This document shows, one piece after another, positions 49,138 through 60,412 of a stretch of DNA of 64,000 bases. Position 1 is the first letter of the stretch, and the number at the start of each line of letters is the position of its first letter. The translations under genes were made by a program, and so were the position numbers. The notes beneath the pieces are model-generated. The model was not told the origin of the DNA and made no database searches. It saw only the letters and a program-made list of their open reading frames with translations. Origin of the DNA: Spirochaetota bacterium (GTDB lineage Bacteria; Spirochaetota; Spirochaetia; SPDA01; JAJSAL01); contig JAJSAL010000041.1 in assembly GCA_024274705.1 (NCBI GenBank), forward strand, positions 1,684 through 65,683, given 5' to 3'.

Positions 49138-49148
49138 ATGGAGGCACT

Positions 49149-49367
49149 ATGATACAGTATAAAGTAAAAGGCAGCAAAGGCATAGATACTTTTGTGGAAA
49201 TCACGGCGGAACACGAACAGGGATTCGACGTACTCATTACCAGTGTATGTGACGGCTATAAAAAAGAAATGCAAGAGTATATAACCAGAGATCTTTTTGA
49301 AACGTGCTTAAGAACGGGATATCTGACAAAAATTGGAAATATGGAAGGCACACTGATAAGCGCCTGA
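49149..49367 (+). CDS. Small hypothetical protein (72 aa)
   Basis: GGAGG RBS; globular-looking sequence ending LFETCLRTGYL. Confidence 0.7.
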   Translation: MIQYKVKGSKGIDTFVEITAEHEQGFDVLITSVCDGYKKEMQEYITRDLFETCLRTGYLTKIGNMEGTLISA

Positions 49368-49456
49368 CCCGCTGCATGTAAAAAAGTCCGGTAATTCCCC
49401 TGAATCCATGGATGTGATAATGTAGAGTATCTCCCGGCTGGTGAGTAGTTGTTATC

Positions 49457-50772
49457 ATGTCGAATAAATTGAGACTGTACAAACGATTCCGCAGGTTTTT
49501 TCAGAAGAACTATAGCGATGCTTCATTTGAAGTCCGGAAAAAAATGGAGTATCTGGCAGGATGATCCAGCTCCTGACGAACCTTGTTTCCAATGCAGTTA
49601 AATATACCGAAGATGGGGAAATAATCGTTTCAGTAACCTGTGAGTCAAAGACTGAAGATACTGCAGATCTGGAGTTTTCCGTTTCGGATACGGGAATCGG
49701 AATCGATGAAGAAATTCTGCCTCACCTGTTTGACGCTTTTACACAGGCGGACGGGTCGACAACCAGAAAATTCGGCGGTACCGGGCTGGGGCTGGCGATC
49801 TGTAAAAGTCTTGTTGAGCTCATGGGCGGAACGATCCGGGCGGAATCAGAAAAGGGGACCGGTTCACGCTTCGCTTTTTCTCTTACCCTGAAAAGACAGC
49901 TGAAGGAGAAGGAAGTACAGAGGGTAGTTCCCGGCAAGCTGAGCGGTATGAAGGCCCTGGTAATCGATGATAACCTGGCTGCCAGGACTGTGCTCAAAGA
50001 CATCCTCGAATCATTTTCCTTTTCCACGGACACTGCGGATTCCGGTGAATCCGGTATCGAATTATTGCATTCGGAACGGTCAGGCGGGGAAGGATACGGA
50101 CTCATCCTGCTGGATTGGAAGATGCCCGGGCTGAACGGACTGGAAACCGCGGAGCTGATCAAGAAAGACCCGGAACTGCAGTCGATTCCTATCATCCTTA
50201 TGACGGCCTACAACGTGGACCGCAGCCTTCAGGATGAACACCGGGATATTATCGATGCCATGCTGATAAAACCAATTAAACCATCTTCCCTGTTCGATAC
50301 TATTGTACGCCTCTCTTCCGGGGAGGAAGAGGGGATTATTACAAAGCAGTCCCTTGCCATGGATGCGGTAGAAGGAAGGGTGGTTCTTCTTGCAGAGGAT
50401 AATGTCATCAACCAGAAGGTAGTCACAGCGATTATGAAGGAAGCCGGTGTAAAGGTGGAAATCGCAGAGAACGGCAGAGAGGCTGTTGAAGCTGTGAAAA
50501 GAAAGGTGTACGATGCTGTGCTTATGGATGTTCAGATGCCGGAAATGGACGGCTACGAGGCTTCCCGGCAAATCCGGAATACCGAGGGATTAGAATATCT
50601 TCCTATCATTGCCATGACCGCCAATGCGATGAAAGGGGATAAAGAGAAGTGCCTCGCTGCGGGGATGAATGATTACATTGCTAAACCCATTGAAATCGAC
50701 CAGTTGTTTACCACTCTCAAGCGGTGGATTCGACCCAATCAGGGAAATAAGACGGCAGGAGATCATGAATGA
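49457..50772 (+). pseudogene. Hybrid histidine kinase with sensor and HisKA/H-box deleted; retains HATPase_c and two receiver domains
   Basis: 35-aa ORF 49457-49564 joined to an ORF starting mid-domain at MIQLLTNLVSNAVKYT; DTGIG, GGTGLGL, LDWKMP and MDVQMP motifs; no SHE(I)RTP. Confidence 0.7.
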
Positions 50773-51572
50773 AAAAGGCGGGTGAAAGTGTTGTCTGGAT
50801 TACCGGGGCTTCCTCCGGAATCGGCAGCGCCCTGGCACGGGAATACAGCAGGCTCGGGGCCCGGTGCATCCTCACTGCCCGGAACAGGGAAAAGCTCGAA
50901 GAGGTCCGGAAGCAGTGTCCCCGGGGAGAATCCGGTGTAGCTGTTCTGCCGGGAGACCTGGGCCGGATCGAGACGATCCCGGAACTGGCAAAGAAGGCAG
51001 TGGTAATCTATGGACGAATAGACATCCTGATCAATAACGCAGGTGTGTCTCAGCGCTCCCTGGTCCATGAAACCTCAATTGATGTGTATAAGGATCTCTT
51101 TAACGTCAATGTCCTGGGAACGATCGCATTAACCAGGGAAATACTGCCTGAGATGATCCGTAACCGGTCCGGACAGATTGTTGCCGTGTCCAGTATAGCC
51201 GGTAAATTCGGAACCCCCCTCCGTTCCGGTTACTGTGCTACAAAGCATGCTCTTCATGGGTTTTTTGATTCTCTCCGGGCGGAAGTGTGGCAGTATGGGA
51301 TCTCTGTTTCCCTGGTTGTCCCCGGGTTTGTACAGACCGATATCAGCCGGCATGCTTTTACTGGGAGCGGCGGTTTCTATGGTAAAATGGACGAGAATCA
51401 GGCGGGGGCGGTCTCTCCCGAGGATGCGGCCAGGGCCATCGTCAGGAATGTTGCTGCATATAAACGGGAGTTTCGTGTGGGCATGAACGGTAAATCCCGG
51501 TTAGCCCTCTTTTTAGCTGCATTTTTTCCCGGTTTGCTTGCCCGTATCCTGAGAACTGCAAGGATCACCTGA
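50769..51572 (+). CDS. Short-chain dehydrogenase/reductase (DHRS7-like)
   Basis: TGASSGIG, NNAG and YCATK motifs. Confidence 0.92.
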   Translation: MKKAGESVVWITGASSGIGSALAREYSRLGARCILTARNREKLEEVRKQCPRGESGVAVLPGDLGRIETIPELAKKAVVIYGRIDILINNAGVSQRSLVHETSIDVYKDLFNVNVLGTIALTREILPEMIRNRSGQIVAVSSIAGKFGTPLRSGYCATKHALHGFFDSLRAEVWQYGISVSLVVPGFVQTDISRHAFTGSGGFYGKMDENQAGAVSPEDAARAIVRNVAAYKREFRVGMNGKSRLALFLAAFFPGLLARILRTARIT

Positions 51573-51643
51573 AAAAAATACTTTCATTCCCGGTCCTCTT
51601 TTATTAGACTTGGATACAGGGAGAATGAAAAAGGAAACAAGAC

Positions 51644-53086
51644 ATGAGAAAAAGGACAAAAATCATCTGTACTATTGGCCCCGCCAGCAGGTCGCCGAGG
51701 ATTCTCGAAGGACTTGTCCGGAACGGTATGAATATTGCAAGGTTCAACTTCTCCCATCAGACTTACGAAGAAGCCCTGGAAAATCTAAAGAATATCCGTT
51801 CCCTCCGGGAAAAGCTGGATATTCCCCTCCCGGTGATGCTGGACACGAAAGGACCCGAGGTGCGGCTGTACGGCTATGCAGAAGAAATAGCACTGAGCGC
51901 CGGTGATTCCATTCTAATCGAGAGTTATTCAGGGGATGATATCCGTACAGCCCGGCCAAAGGACAAGAATCATTTCTTTACGAACCTTCCGGATGTCACG
52001 GAGCTCGGCAAGGCAGGTGCCCGGGTGCTCCTGATGGACGGGTTTATCGAAGGGGAAATTACCGATAAAACGGAAGAGTCTCTCGTTGTGAAGCTGAGAA
52101 ACGGGGGCGTGCTCAGACCCAGAGCTCATTTTGCCATGCCGAAAGTTGATTATCATCTTGAGTTTCTCTCGGATAAAGACAGGGAAGACATCGAGTTTGC
52201 AATTGGGAATGAATTCGAGTATATCGCCCTTTCCTTCGTGGGTTCTGCGGATGATGTGCTATCGGTCCGGGAACTGATTAGGAAAAAACGGCCTCGCAGC
52301 AGGACCCTTCTCATATCAAAAATCGAAAACCGGACGGCCCTGGGGAACCTGAAGGCAATTATTGAAGCTTCAGACGGCATAATGGTTGCCCGGGGGGACC
52401 TTGGAGTGGAACTGGATATGGCTGAAGTACCGATTGCCCAGAAAAAGATTATCCGGATGTGTTACCGCATGGGAAAGCCGGTGATCACTGCTACACAGAT
52501 GCTGGAGTCCATGGTGGAGAAGCCTATTCCCACCCGGGCTGAAGCATCGGATGTGGCAAATGCCTGTTTCGACCTTACCTCTGCGGTTATGCTCTCCGGG
52601 GAAACAGCTGTCGGGAACTACCCGGAAGAAGTGGTCAGGACAATGTCCTCTATCATCGGGAAGGTGGAAGAAGAACTGAAAAAAGAACAGGCGGAAGTGT
52701 TCCCCAGTATTGACAGTTCCGGGGGCGATCAGACCGCCGTGATAAACTCCAGTGCAGTATCCATAGCGAGGGTAAGCGGCGCAAAGGCAATCATCGTGGT
52801 TACAAAAAGCGGGTATTCTGCCCGGATGCTTTCAAAAATACGGCCCATGATCCCTATCTGGGCATTTACCTACGATGAGGTCACCTATCATCAGCTGGAA
52901 CTGAACTGGGGAATTATACCTTTTATAATAGCGGAAGAGACTTCCTTTGAAACCATGGTGGACCATATTAAAAAACACTGTTTAACGGAAAAGATTGCCC
53001 GGCAGGGGGACCGTATTGTAATTGTTGGCGGGCTTCCTTTAGGGAAGACCGGTACAACCAATATGGTAAGGGTCGAGATGCTGTAA
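51644..53086 (+). CDS. pyk: Pyruvate kinase
   Basis: TKIICTIGP, RFNFSH, KIE, MVARGDLGVE, TATQMLESM and MLSGETA motifs. Confidence 0.96.
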   Translation: MRKRTKIICTIGPASRSPRILEGLVRNGMNIARFNFSHQTYEEALENLKNIRSLREKLDIPLPVMLDTKGPEVRLYGYAEEIALSAGDSILIESYSGDDIRTARPKDKNHFFTNLPDVTELGKAGARVLLMDGFIEGEITDKTEESLVVKLRNGGVLRPRAHFAMPKVDYHLEFLSDKDREDIEFAIGNEFEYIALSFVGSADDVLSVRELIRKKRPRSRTLLISKIENRTALGNLKAIIEASDGIMVARGDLGVELDMAEVPIAQKKIIRMCYRMGKPVITATQMLESMVEKPIPTRAEASDVANACFDLTSAVMLSGETAVGNYPEEVVRTMSSIIGKVEEELKKEQAEVFPSIDSSGGDQTAVINSSAVSIARVSGAKAIIVVTKSGYSARMLSKIRPMIPIWAFTYDEVTYHQLELNWGIIPFIIAEETSFETMVDHIKKHCLTEKIARQGDRIVIVGGLPLGKTGTTNMVRVEML

Positions 53087-53116
53087 TGATGTCAGAGATA
53101 TATCAGAAGCTGTCGA

Positions 53117-53145
53117 TTGCACCGCAGTCGGCATTCGTTTAAAAT
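53117..53145 (+). promoter_or_regulatory. Putative gdhA promoter
   Basis: TTGCAC-17-TAAAAT. Confidence 0.5.
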
Positions 53146-53165
53146 GGCTTAACCAAACACGGTAA

Positions 53166-54515
<1,350 letters not shown>

Positions 54516-54516
54516 T

Positions 54517-57105
54517 CTACTCCAGGTAGAGGGCCGCGATCTGGTCCACAGAATTGGCATTCAGGTAGAGTGTTCTCCGGTCCTTACCCTTCGTTCCGTC
54601 AATAACAGTAATGATGTCTGACCACTCTGAAGCATCCGGGAGCAGGGTGGTCAGCTCATTTTTCGTAGTCCGGAAAAACTCTGCATTCAAGACATTTTCA
54701 TTCTGTTCCACAAAGTAGGCAATGTAGAGCATGTTCATCTCTACCATCTCGTTGAAGAAATGGGTGCCCAGGGAAAGGTCAGGTATCAGTCCTTCGTGCA
54801 TGGCATCGATTTCGCAGAGGACGGACACATTGTTGATCTCTGAAAATGAAACGGGTATTCCAAGGGAAGGGGTGCTCGTTCCCCACCGCCCGGGGCCGAT
54901 GATCATTATATTTTTGTTTGAAGCTTCTTCCCTGTTTGTGATCCGGCCGATAAGCCGGGCCAGGGCGTACCGCCTTTCCTCCGGGAGAACCCCGTAGGCT
55001 GAGGGTTTTACGAAGATAAGCTGATCAATCCTGATAAGCCTGCTGTGACCGATGACAGCACCGTTAGCCTTGATAATACAGTGCTCTTCTGATATTTCCG
55101 GAATCGGAACCACCCGCATACCCGTAACCTGTACCTGAAGAGGTCTGCACTGTACCAGGTTTATCCTGTATTCACCGGAACGCATAAAGTTTGTGGTGAA
55201 CTCGATATCGATATGGGACCGGTACACTTCCCGTATGGTTTGGAACATCTCCCGCATGTCCTCCACAAAGCGGGTGTGACGAAAGAGCCGTTCAAAGGTG
55301 AGGATCCAGGCACTCCGTTCGTCCATGCCCTGTTCACGGCACATGCGTTCCAGATCCCTGTCTTTTGTTGCCAGCAGATTGAGGGGGATATCCATGGTCT
55401 GCTTGAGCAGGTCTGAAAAGTGGATGTTCACGAATCGATTCGAGTTCAGGTCCAGCACATCCGCCCTGCGCTGGGCATACCGTTTCACCTCGTCGAAATT
55501 GGATTCCGGCCGTTTTTCCGGGGCATTCAGTGCTACAACCCGGGTGTAATCATCATCAGAGCGGTCTACAGCCCGGGTACCCAGGCCGAACACCAGGCGG
55601 ATCATGCCCGCCTCGGGGTCGATTTCCCGGTTCCATGCATAGGGGTTGAAGGAGAATCCCACCCCTGCGAGTTGAGGGAAATAAAAATTATCGTAACAGT
55701 TCCCGGAAACCCGCTGGACCAGGAGGGCCATCTGCTCATCCTTATCCAGCACCCCCCGGGCCTTGCGGTAGGTAAGGGCGGCCTCGCTTACGGTGCTGGC
55801 GTAGATGCGGCGTACCGCATCCAGGAAGTGTTCCAGCCGTTCGGAAAACGGGCCCTGGTTTGCACAAAAGATGCTTTCGTATTTCCCGGCAAAGGCGTTC
55901 CCGAAGTTATCTTCAAGGATGGAACTGGACCGGACAATAATCGGTGACTGGCCGTAATAATCGAGAAGATCGGAAAACCGTTTTACCAGGTATTCCGGAA
56001 ACTCTCCTTTCAGCATTTTCTCCCGGAGCTCTTTGTTCCCCTCGAGAAATGATTCCGGCTTTCTCTGTTTCTGCGTCGACCACCAACAGTCGTTTTCCAC
56101 CAGGTAGGTGTAGAACACGTCGGAACCGATAAAGAACGAATCGTGCTCTTCCAGCAGTCCGATCCATTTGGGACTCTTTGCCTTCAATATGGCCCGGGCA
56201 AGAAGCATACCGAAAGCTTTGCCCCCTATCATGCCGGTGCCGATCATCCTTCTCCATATCCGGAGTACGTCTGTGATGGTGAAGTACTGGGCAGCAAGGT
56301 CGAACATACGCTCTTCCCTGGAGACGATAAGCCAGATGATACGGTGGAGAACGGTCCTGATTTCTTCATTGGAACTCTGCTTCTTTTCCGAGGCTTCCAG
56401 GACCTCTTCTGCGTTCATGAACATTTTGTCCCATACACCTATCATGCGGTAACTCGCAGATGGGAGACCCGGAAGGGGGGTCGCGAGAATTACTTCTGCA
56501 ATGAGGGCACTCTCCTGAACCGGTTTAAAGGCATGGCCGGTCCATTCATGAAGCCTGAACATGGTGCTGGAAAACCGGCCCTCGACTTTAAAAGGCTTGA
56601 TGTACATCCTGTCCCGGTACCCATAAGTATCGATCAGGATCTGTGTTGCCGAAATGATATTGTCCATCGCGTGGTACGAATGAACATACCTGCTCAGGGC
56701 GTAATAAGCTTTGCATCCTTTTTTTGTGATAAGGGGAGCGGTTAGTTTGAAAAAATTACCTATCATCCTGTCGCTGTAACACGCATCGGAGAGGGAAGAG
56801 AGTAAATCAAATACGAATACCACGTTTTCGCCGGCGTCGAGGATAACCTGATGGATCCTGTTGGCAAAACCTTCGAACCCGTCTTCCACACTCATTCTGT
56901 GAACCGTGACATGATGCTCTTTACGTATGACTTCCCTGTGATTTCCGAAACGGAAGTACACTGTTTTTTTTCCTTCCGTTAGTGCCCTGTCTGCAAATGC
57001 CTGGGCAAAGGGAATATAATCATCGATCCTGTCTGTTCGCCACACGATGTTGTCGCCGTCTTTGAGGCCGTGGAGTACTTCATCTAGTTCAGGTAACCCG
57101 GACAT
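54517..57105 (-). CDS. PEP/pyruvate-binding (PPDK_N ATP-grasp) domain protein with KaiC/RecA-like N-terminus
   Basis: SGLPELD.VL.GL..GD start; IGGKA.G, VRSSS.LED..FAGKY.S, GLGTRAV, DIEF and LVQCRP motifs; no phospho-His or PEP-binding barrel recognised. Confidence 0.8.
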   Translation of the reverse strand: MSGLPELDEVLHGLKDGDNIVWRTDRIDDYIPFAQAFADRALTEGKKTVYFRFGNHREVIRKEHHVTVHRMSVEDGFEGFANRIHQVILDAGENVVFVFDLLSSLSDACYSDRMIGNFFKLTAPLITKKGCKAYYALSRYVHSYHAMDNIISATQILIDTYGYRDRMYIKPFKVEGRFSSTMFRLHEWTGHAFKPVQESALIAEVILATPLPGLPSASYRMIGVWDKMFMNAEEVLEASEKKQSSNEEIRTVLHRIIWLIVSREERMFDLAAQYFTITDVLRIWRRMIGTGMIGGKAFGMLLARAILKAKSPKWIGLLEEHDSFFIGSDVFYTYLVENDCWWSTQKQRKPESFLEGNKELREKMLKGEFPEYLVKRFSDLLDYYGQSPIIVRSSSILEDNFGNAFAGKYESIFCANQGPFSERLEHFLDAVRRIYASTVSEAALTYRKARGVLDKDEQMALLVQRVSGNCYDNFYFPQLAGVGFSFNPYAWNREIDPEAGMIRLVFGLGTRAVDRSDDDYTRVVALNAPEKRPESNFDEVKRYAQRRADVLDLNSNRFVNIHFSDLLKQTMDIPLNLLATKDRDLERMCREQGMDERSAWILTFERLFRHTRFVEDMREMFQTIREVYRSHIDIEFTTNFMRSGEYRINLVQCRPLQVQVTGMRVVPIPEISEEHCIIKANGAVIGHSRLIRIDQLIFVKPSAYGVLPEERRYALARLIGRITNREEASNKNIMIIGPGRWGTSTPSLGIPVSFSEINNVSVLCEIDAMHEGLIPDLSLGTHFFNEMVEMNMLYIAYFVEQNENVLNAEFFRTTKNELTTLLPDASEWSDIITVIDGTKGKDRRTLYLNANSVDQIAALYLE

Positions 57106-57199
57106 TCATCTCTCCCGGGAAAATTTTACTACAGACACTCCAAAAGGTACAGGGAGTATCGTTGATGGAAGGGGGGAAAAATGGTAATAGTCATAATAT

Positions 57200-57406
57200 A
57201 TGGACATAAAAGAAGGCAGGACAGAACGGATCGGTGAGTTCCTTCTACGGATCGAGGCTTTAACGGAACCACAACAGGATGAAATCCTGGAAAGGCAGCA
57301 GACGAATCCGGATAAGAAGTTCGGGGAAATAGCCATCGAGCTGGGATACATCAATGATGACGCCATCGACCGGTATTTAGAATCACGGGGCAGGAGCAGT
57401 ACCTGA
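57200..57406 (+). CDS. Stand-alone MshEN-like (putative c-di-GMP-binding) protein
   Basis: RIGEFLL...LT..Q..EILERQ followed by KFGEIAIELGYI. Confidence 0.65.
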   Translation: MDIKEGRTERIGEFLLRIEALTEPQQDEILERQQTNPDKKFGEIAIELGYINDDAIDRYLESRGRSST

Positions 57407-58153
57407 TCACCGGGACAGACCATCCAGTATAAAACCTGCAGTGACGGTTAAAGCACAGGATGCAGCGTATACCCAGGTGACCTTGTCCGGCTTCGGCAGG
57501 TTACACGGCCGTTTCTCCGAAAGAGATCGGGACTCAAGGGCGCAGCTGATATCTTCACTCTTCCCTGCGGTATCGATAATCAGGGCTGCAGCAAAAACCA
57601 TTATCTTTCGAATCGGCTTTCCCGAACTTTCGATGCATCGTGCAAGTTGGGCCTCCCTGGTGTCCCGGGCCTGCTGAAACAGGAGGGGCACAAAGGCAAG
57701 TGTCGTGCTCAGCATCAGAGCAAGAGAAAAGCGGATCCTTCCCGGAAGGAAGAACAGGAGCCAAACGAAAGCGTCCCTGATCTTTCCACATGTCGTTGTC
57801 GAGATGATGATATGACCGAGAAGAACTGCGAACATGATCCGGAGGATCAACAGTCCCGGTGCAGTCAGCCCGGTTCCCGTGAAACCGGATACGAATCCTT
57901 TGAACAGGTAAATGAAGCCTATGAACAAAAACAGTCCGTAAAACATCTTCAGCTGAACCAGGAACCGGACCAGGGGGATCCGTGCCATTCCCAAAGACAC
58001 GATGATGAATGCCCCGGAAATCAAAATGCCTGTTAACCCTGTTTTAAAGAGAAAACTTCCCACCACCGGGAGAAGGAGGACCTTTACCCGGGGATCCACC
58101 CTGTGGACCGGAGATGTACCCGGGATGTAAGAAAAAAGAATCAACTCCTCCAT
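57407..58153 (-). CDS. ECF transporter T component (BioN-like)
   Basis: SPVHRVDPRVK, AQLAR and ALESR motifs. Confidence 0.85.
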   Translation of the reverse strand: MEELILFSYIPGTSPVHRVDPRVKVLLLPVVGSFLFKTGLTGILISGAFIIVSLGMARIPLVRFLVQLKMFYGLFLFIGFIYLFKGFVSGFTGTGLTAPGLLILRIMFAVLLGHIIISTTTCGKIRDAFVWLLFFLPGRIRFSLALMLSTTLAFVPLLFQQARDTREAQLARCIESSGKPIRKIMVFAAALIIDTAGKSEDISCALESRSLSEKRPCNLPKPDKVTWVYAASCALTVTAGFILDGLSR

Positions 58154-58884
58154 ACTCTCGCTTCCATTTCATAGTCGGTATATTCCCGAATTCCATACCT
58201 GCCGAAACAGGTTCGTGCGTGTTCCGGAGCTCCCTGGTATACTACTTTTCCCCGGTCCATAATCACGGTTTTTGTAGTGTAGGGAAAAATCTTTCCGATG
58301 TCGTGAGTGATCACCGCAATAGTATGTCCCGAATTGTGGAGAGAGAGGATGCTTTCCAGTACATGCTTAACGCCTGGATAGTCAAGGCTGATGAAGGGTT
58401 CATCCAGGATAAGAATCTCAGGTTGCATGGCAAGTACTCCGGCTATGGTGAGTCTTTTTTTTTCTCCCCCCGAAAGGATGTGGGTCCTGTGAGACCCGAA
58501 TTCCTCCATTCCCACGAAACGCAGTGCCTTGGCAACCCGTTCATCTATGTCCCGGGCAGACAGCCCAAGGTTTTCCGGACCGAAAGCGACATCTTCCTCG
58601 ACAGTCTGGCCTACAATCTGGGTATCCGGATTCTGGAATACAAGTCCCACATTTCTCCTGGTCCCTGCAAGATCATCGAAAATGTCGTTTCCCTTAAGCA
58701 ATACGCAGCCTGAACTGGGTTTGAGCAGGCCGTTCAGATGTTTCATGAGTACTGTTTTTCCGGAACCGTTTTTTCCGGCTATAAGGAGAAACTCCCGGTG
58801 TTCAATAGAGAGAGATATATCCTTAAGGCCCCAGGTCCCATCGGAAAACCGGTGAGAGAGACTCCTGGTTTCCAGAACAGTCAT
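58141..58884 (-). CDS. ECF transporter ATPase (BioM-like)
   Basis: GKNGSGKT, FQNPD.Q, LSGGEK and LDEP motifs. Confidence 0.9.
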   Translation of the reverse strand: MTVLETRSLSHRFSDGTWGLKDISLSIEHREFLLIAGKNGSGKTVLMKHLNGLLKPSSGCVLLKGNDIFDDLAGTRRNVGLVFQNPDTQIVGQTVEEDVAFGPENLGLSARDIDERVAKALRFVGMEEFGSHRTHILSGGEKKRLTIAGVLAMQPEILILDEPFISLDYPGVKHVLESILSLHNSGHTIAVITHDIGKIFPYTTKTVIMDRGKVVYQGAPEHARTCFGRYGIREYTDYEMEARVWRS

Positions 58885-59441
58885 GGGTTTTTTCCGGTTG
58901 AATGTAAGATCAGTTCCGGTCTGGAGGAGCGGAGCATCATGAACACCCCATATGCCCCGGCGATCTTAAGGCCGTCTCCGGGGAGGAACGGGAATACCCC
59001 GACTGCAAGTGTTCCCGGCCAGGACAGGTGTAAAATGTGTTTCAACCAGAACACTCCGGGAACATAGATCACGATTGCACCGGTGATGAGCGCCACCAGG
59101 GAGAACAGGGCGGGTTTACCTGTTCTCTCGATAATAGAACCTGTAACCCATGCCGCCAGGGCGTATCCTGCAAGGTAGCCCCCGGTGGGCCCGGCAAACA
59201 GGGCGATACCCCCTCCCGCAGAGAACACCGGCATTCCAAGGGCCCCCAGGAGAAGGTAGACCGCGGTACTCGCAAGACCCCATCGGGACCCCAGGACGAG
59301 ACCGGAGAGGAGAACAAACATATTGGTAAGGACGATAGGAACCGGGCCGACAGGAATCTTTATATAGGCCCCAATGATCATGAGGGCGGAAAAAAAGGAA
59401 GCGAAGACCATGGTGTGCATCTGTATCGGCCTGCTATGCAT
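58881..59441 (-). CDS. bioY: Biotin transporter S component
   Basis: PVP..L, G.PVFS, GPTGGYL and PFLPGD.LK motifs. Confidence 0.92.
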   Translation of the reverse strand: MHSRPIQMHTMVFASFFSALMIIGAYIKIPVGPVPIVLTNMFVLLSGLVLGSRWGLASTAVYLLLGALGMPVFSAGGGIALFAGPTGGYLAGYALAAWVTGSIIERTGKPALFSLVALITGAIVIYVPGVFWLKHILHLSWPGTLAVGVFPFLPGDGLKIAGAYGVFMMLRSSRPELILHSTGKNP

Positions 59442-60357
59442 AGCGAACGTCCCCTGCGGTAATACGGTGAACCCGGTTTCCATCTGCAACGAGGAGGGAG
59501 CCGTCTCTCTCTACATCCACGGCAGTACCTGATACCGTTCCGAAAGGCTGGCTGATTCTGACTGTTTTACCCAGCATGGAAGTGTGCCGTTTCCAGAAGG
59601 CCAGGACAGTGTCAGGCTCCCAGGATTGAGCTTTTTGGTAGTCCTTCAGAAAACGGGTGAGAATGTCTTTCCTGGTTACAGATGGGGATACCAGGTTTTT
59701 GATAGAACAAGCCTGTACCTCCCCAGGAACGGTATTGGCAACATTAATTCCGATACCTACGTGCATGAAGCTGAGCCGGTCCACCTCTCCCCCGATCTCG
59801 ATGAGGACTCCGCAGATCTTTTCTCCATCTACCAGTACATCGTTGGGCCACTTCACCTGGGCAGGGATAGAGTACGTTTTTCTCAATAACGACGCTAAGA
59901 GTGCCCCGGTTTTAAGGCTTTCCAGGGGTGCGAATGAAGGGGGAAGGGAGGATGATGTCATGAGTGTAAAATAGAGCCCTCCTTCACGGGAGATCCATTT
60001 CCTTCCAAGCCTTCCCCTGCCGCCGGACTGTTTGCCTGCGACAATGATCTTCATCTCTCTATCCGGGGGCTGTCCTTCTTTCATTTCCCGGGCTAAGATC
60101 ATTGTGGATTCCGTGTTTTCGACATAGGTGATGTCACGGCCGGGGAACTCCCAGGGATAGAGAAAATCTTTTTCGCTTTTCAGCATATACCCGGCACCGG
60201 AAGAACAGATATCGTAGCCCTTCTCTTTCAGGGATGAGATATGTTTCCACACGGCAACCCGGGAGATTCCCAAATTTCCGCTTAACGTCTCCCCGGATAC
60301 CGGTGCGGTGGTGTTTCGGATTGATGAGAGGATGTGCTGTTTAAAATCGTTAACCAT
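59434..60357 (-). CDS. birA: Bifunctional biotin ligase/repressor
   Basis: N-terminal HTH SGE.L...LGISR.AVWK; Q.GGRGRLGR.W, KWPND and KICGVL motifs. Confidence 0.93.
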   Translation of the reverse strand: MVNDFKQHILSSIRNTTAPVSGETLSGNLGISRVAVWKHISSLKEKGYDICSSGAGYMLKSEKDFLYPWEFPGRDITYVENTESTMILAREMKEGQPPDREMKIIVAGKQSGGRGRLGRKWISREGGLYFTLMTSSSLPPSFAPLESLKTGALLASLLRKTYSIPAQVKWPNDVLVDGEKICGVLIEIGGEVDRLSFMHVGIGINVANTVPGEVQACSIKNLVSPSVTRKDILTRFLKDYQKAQSWEPDTVLAFWKRHTSMLGKTVRISQPFGTVSGTAVDVERDGSLLVADGNRVHRITAGDVRYA

Positions 60358-60397
60358 ATTAGGAATGAAGGTTAACGGATGAAGCGGATCCGGTCAA
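60348..60397 (-). promoter_or_regulatory. BirA operator overlapping the birA -10 and start codon
   Basis: CGTTAACC-N14-GGTTAACG (60348-60377); TTGACC-17-TAACCT promoter. Confidence 0.75.
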
Positions 60398-60412
60398 TAG
60401 GCCGGCGGTATT

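Noticed and set aside
57106-57423. Minus-strand ORF ending in TGA directly before the PPDK_N start (read-through extension)
   Set aside because: It is the shadow of the MshEN-like gene, and the PPDK_N protein already begins at its conserved SGLPELD motif
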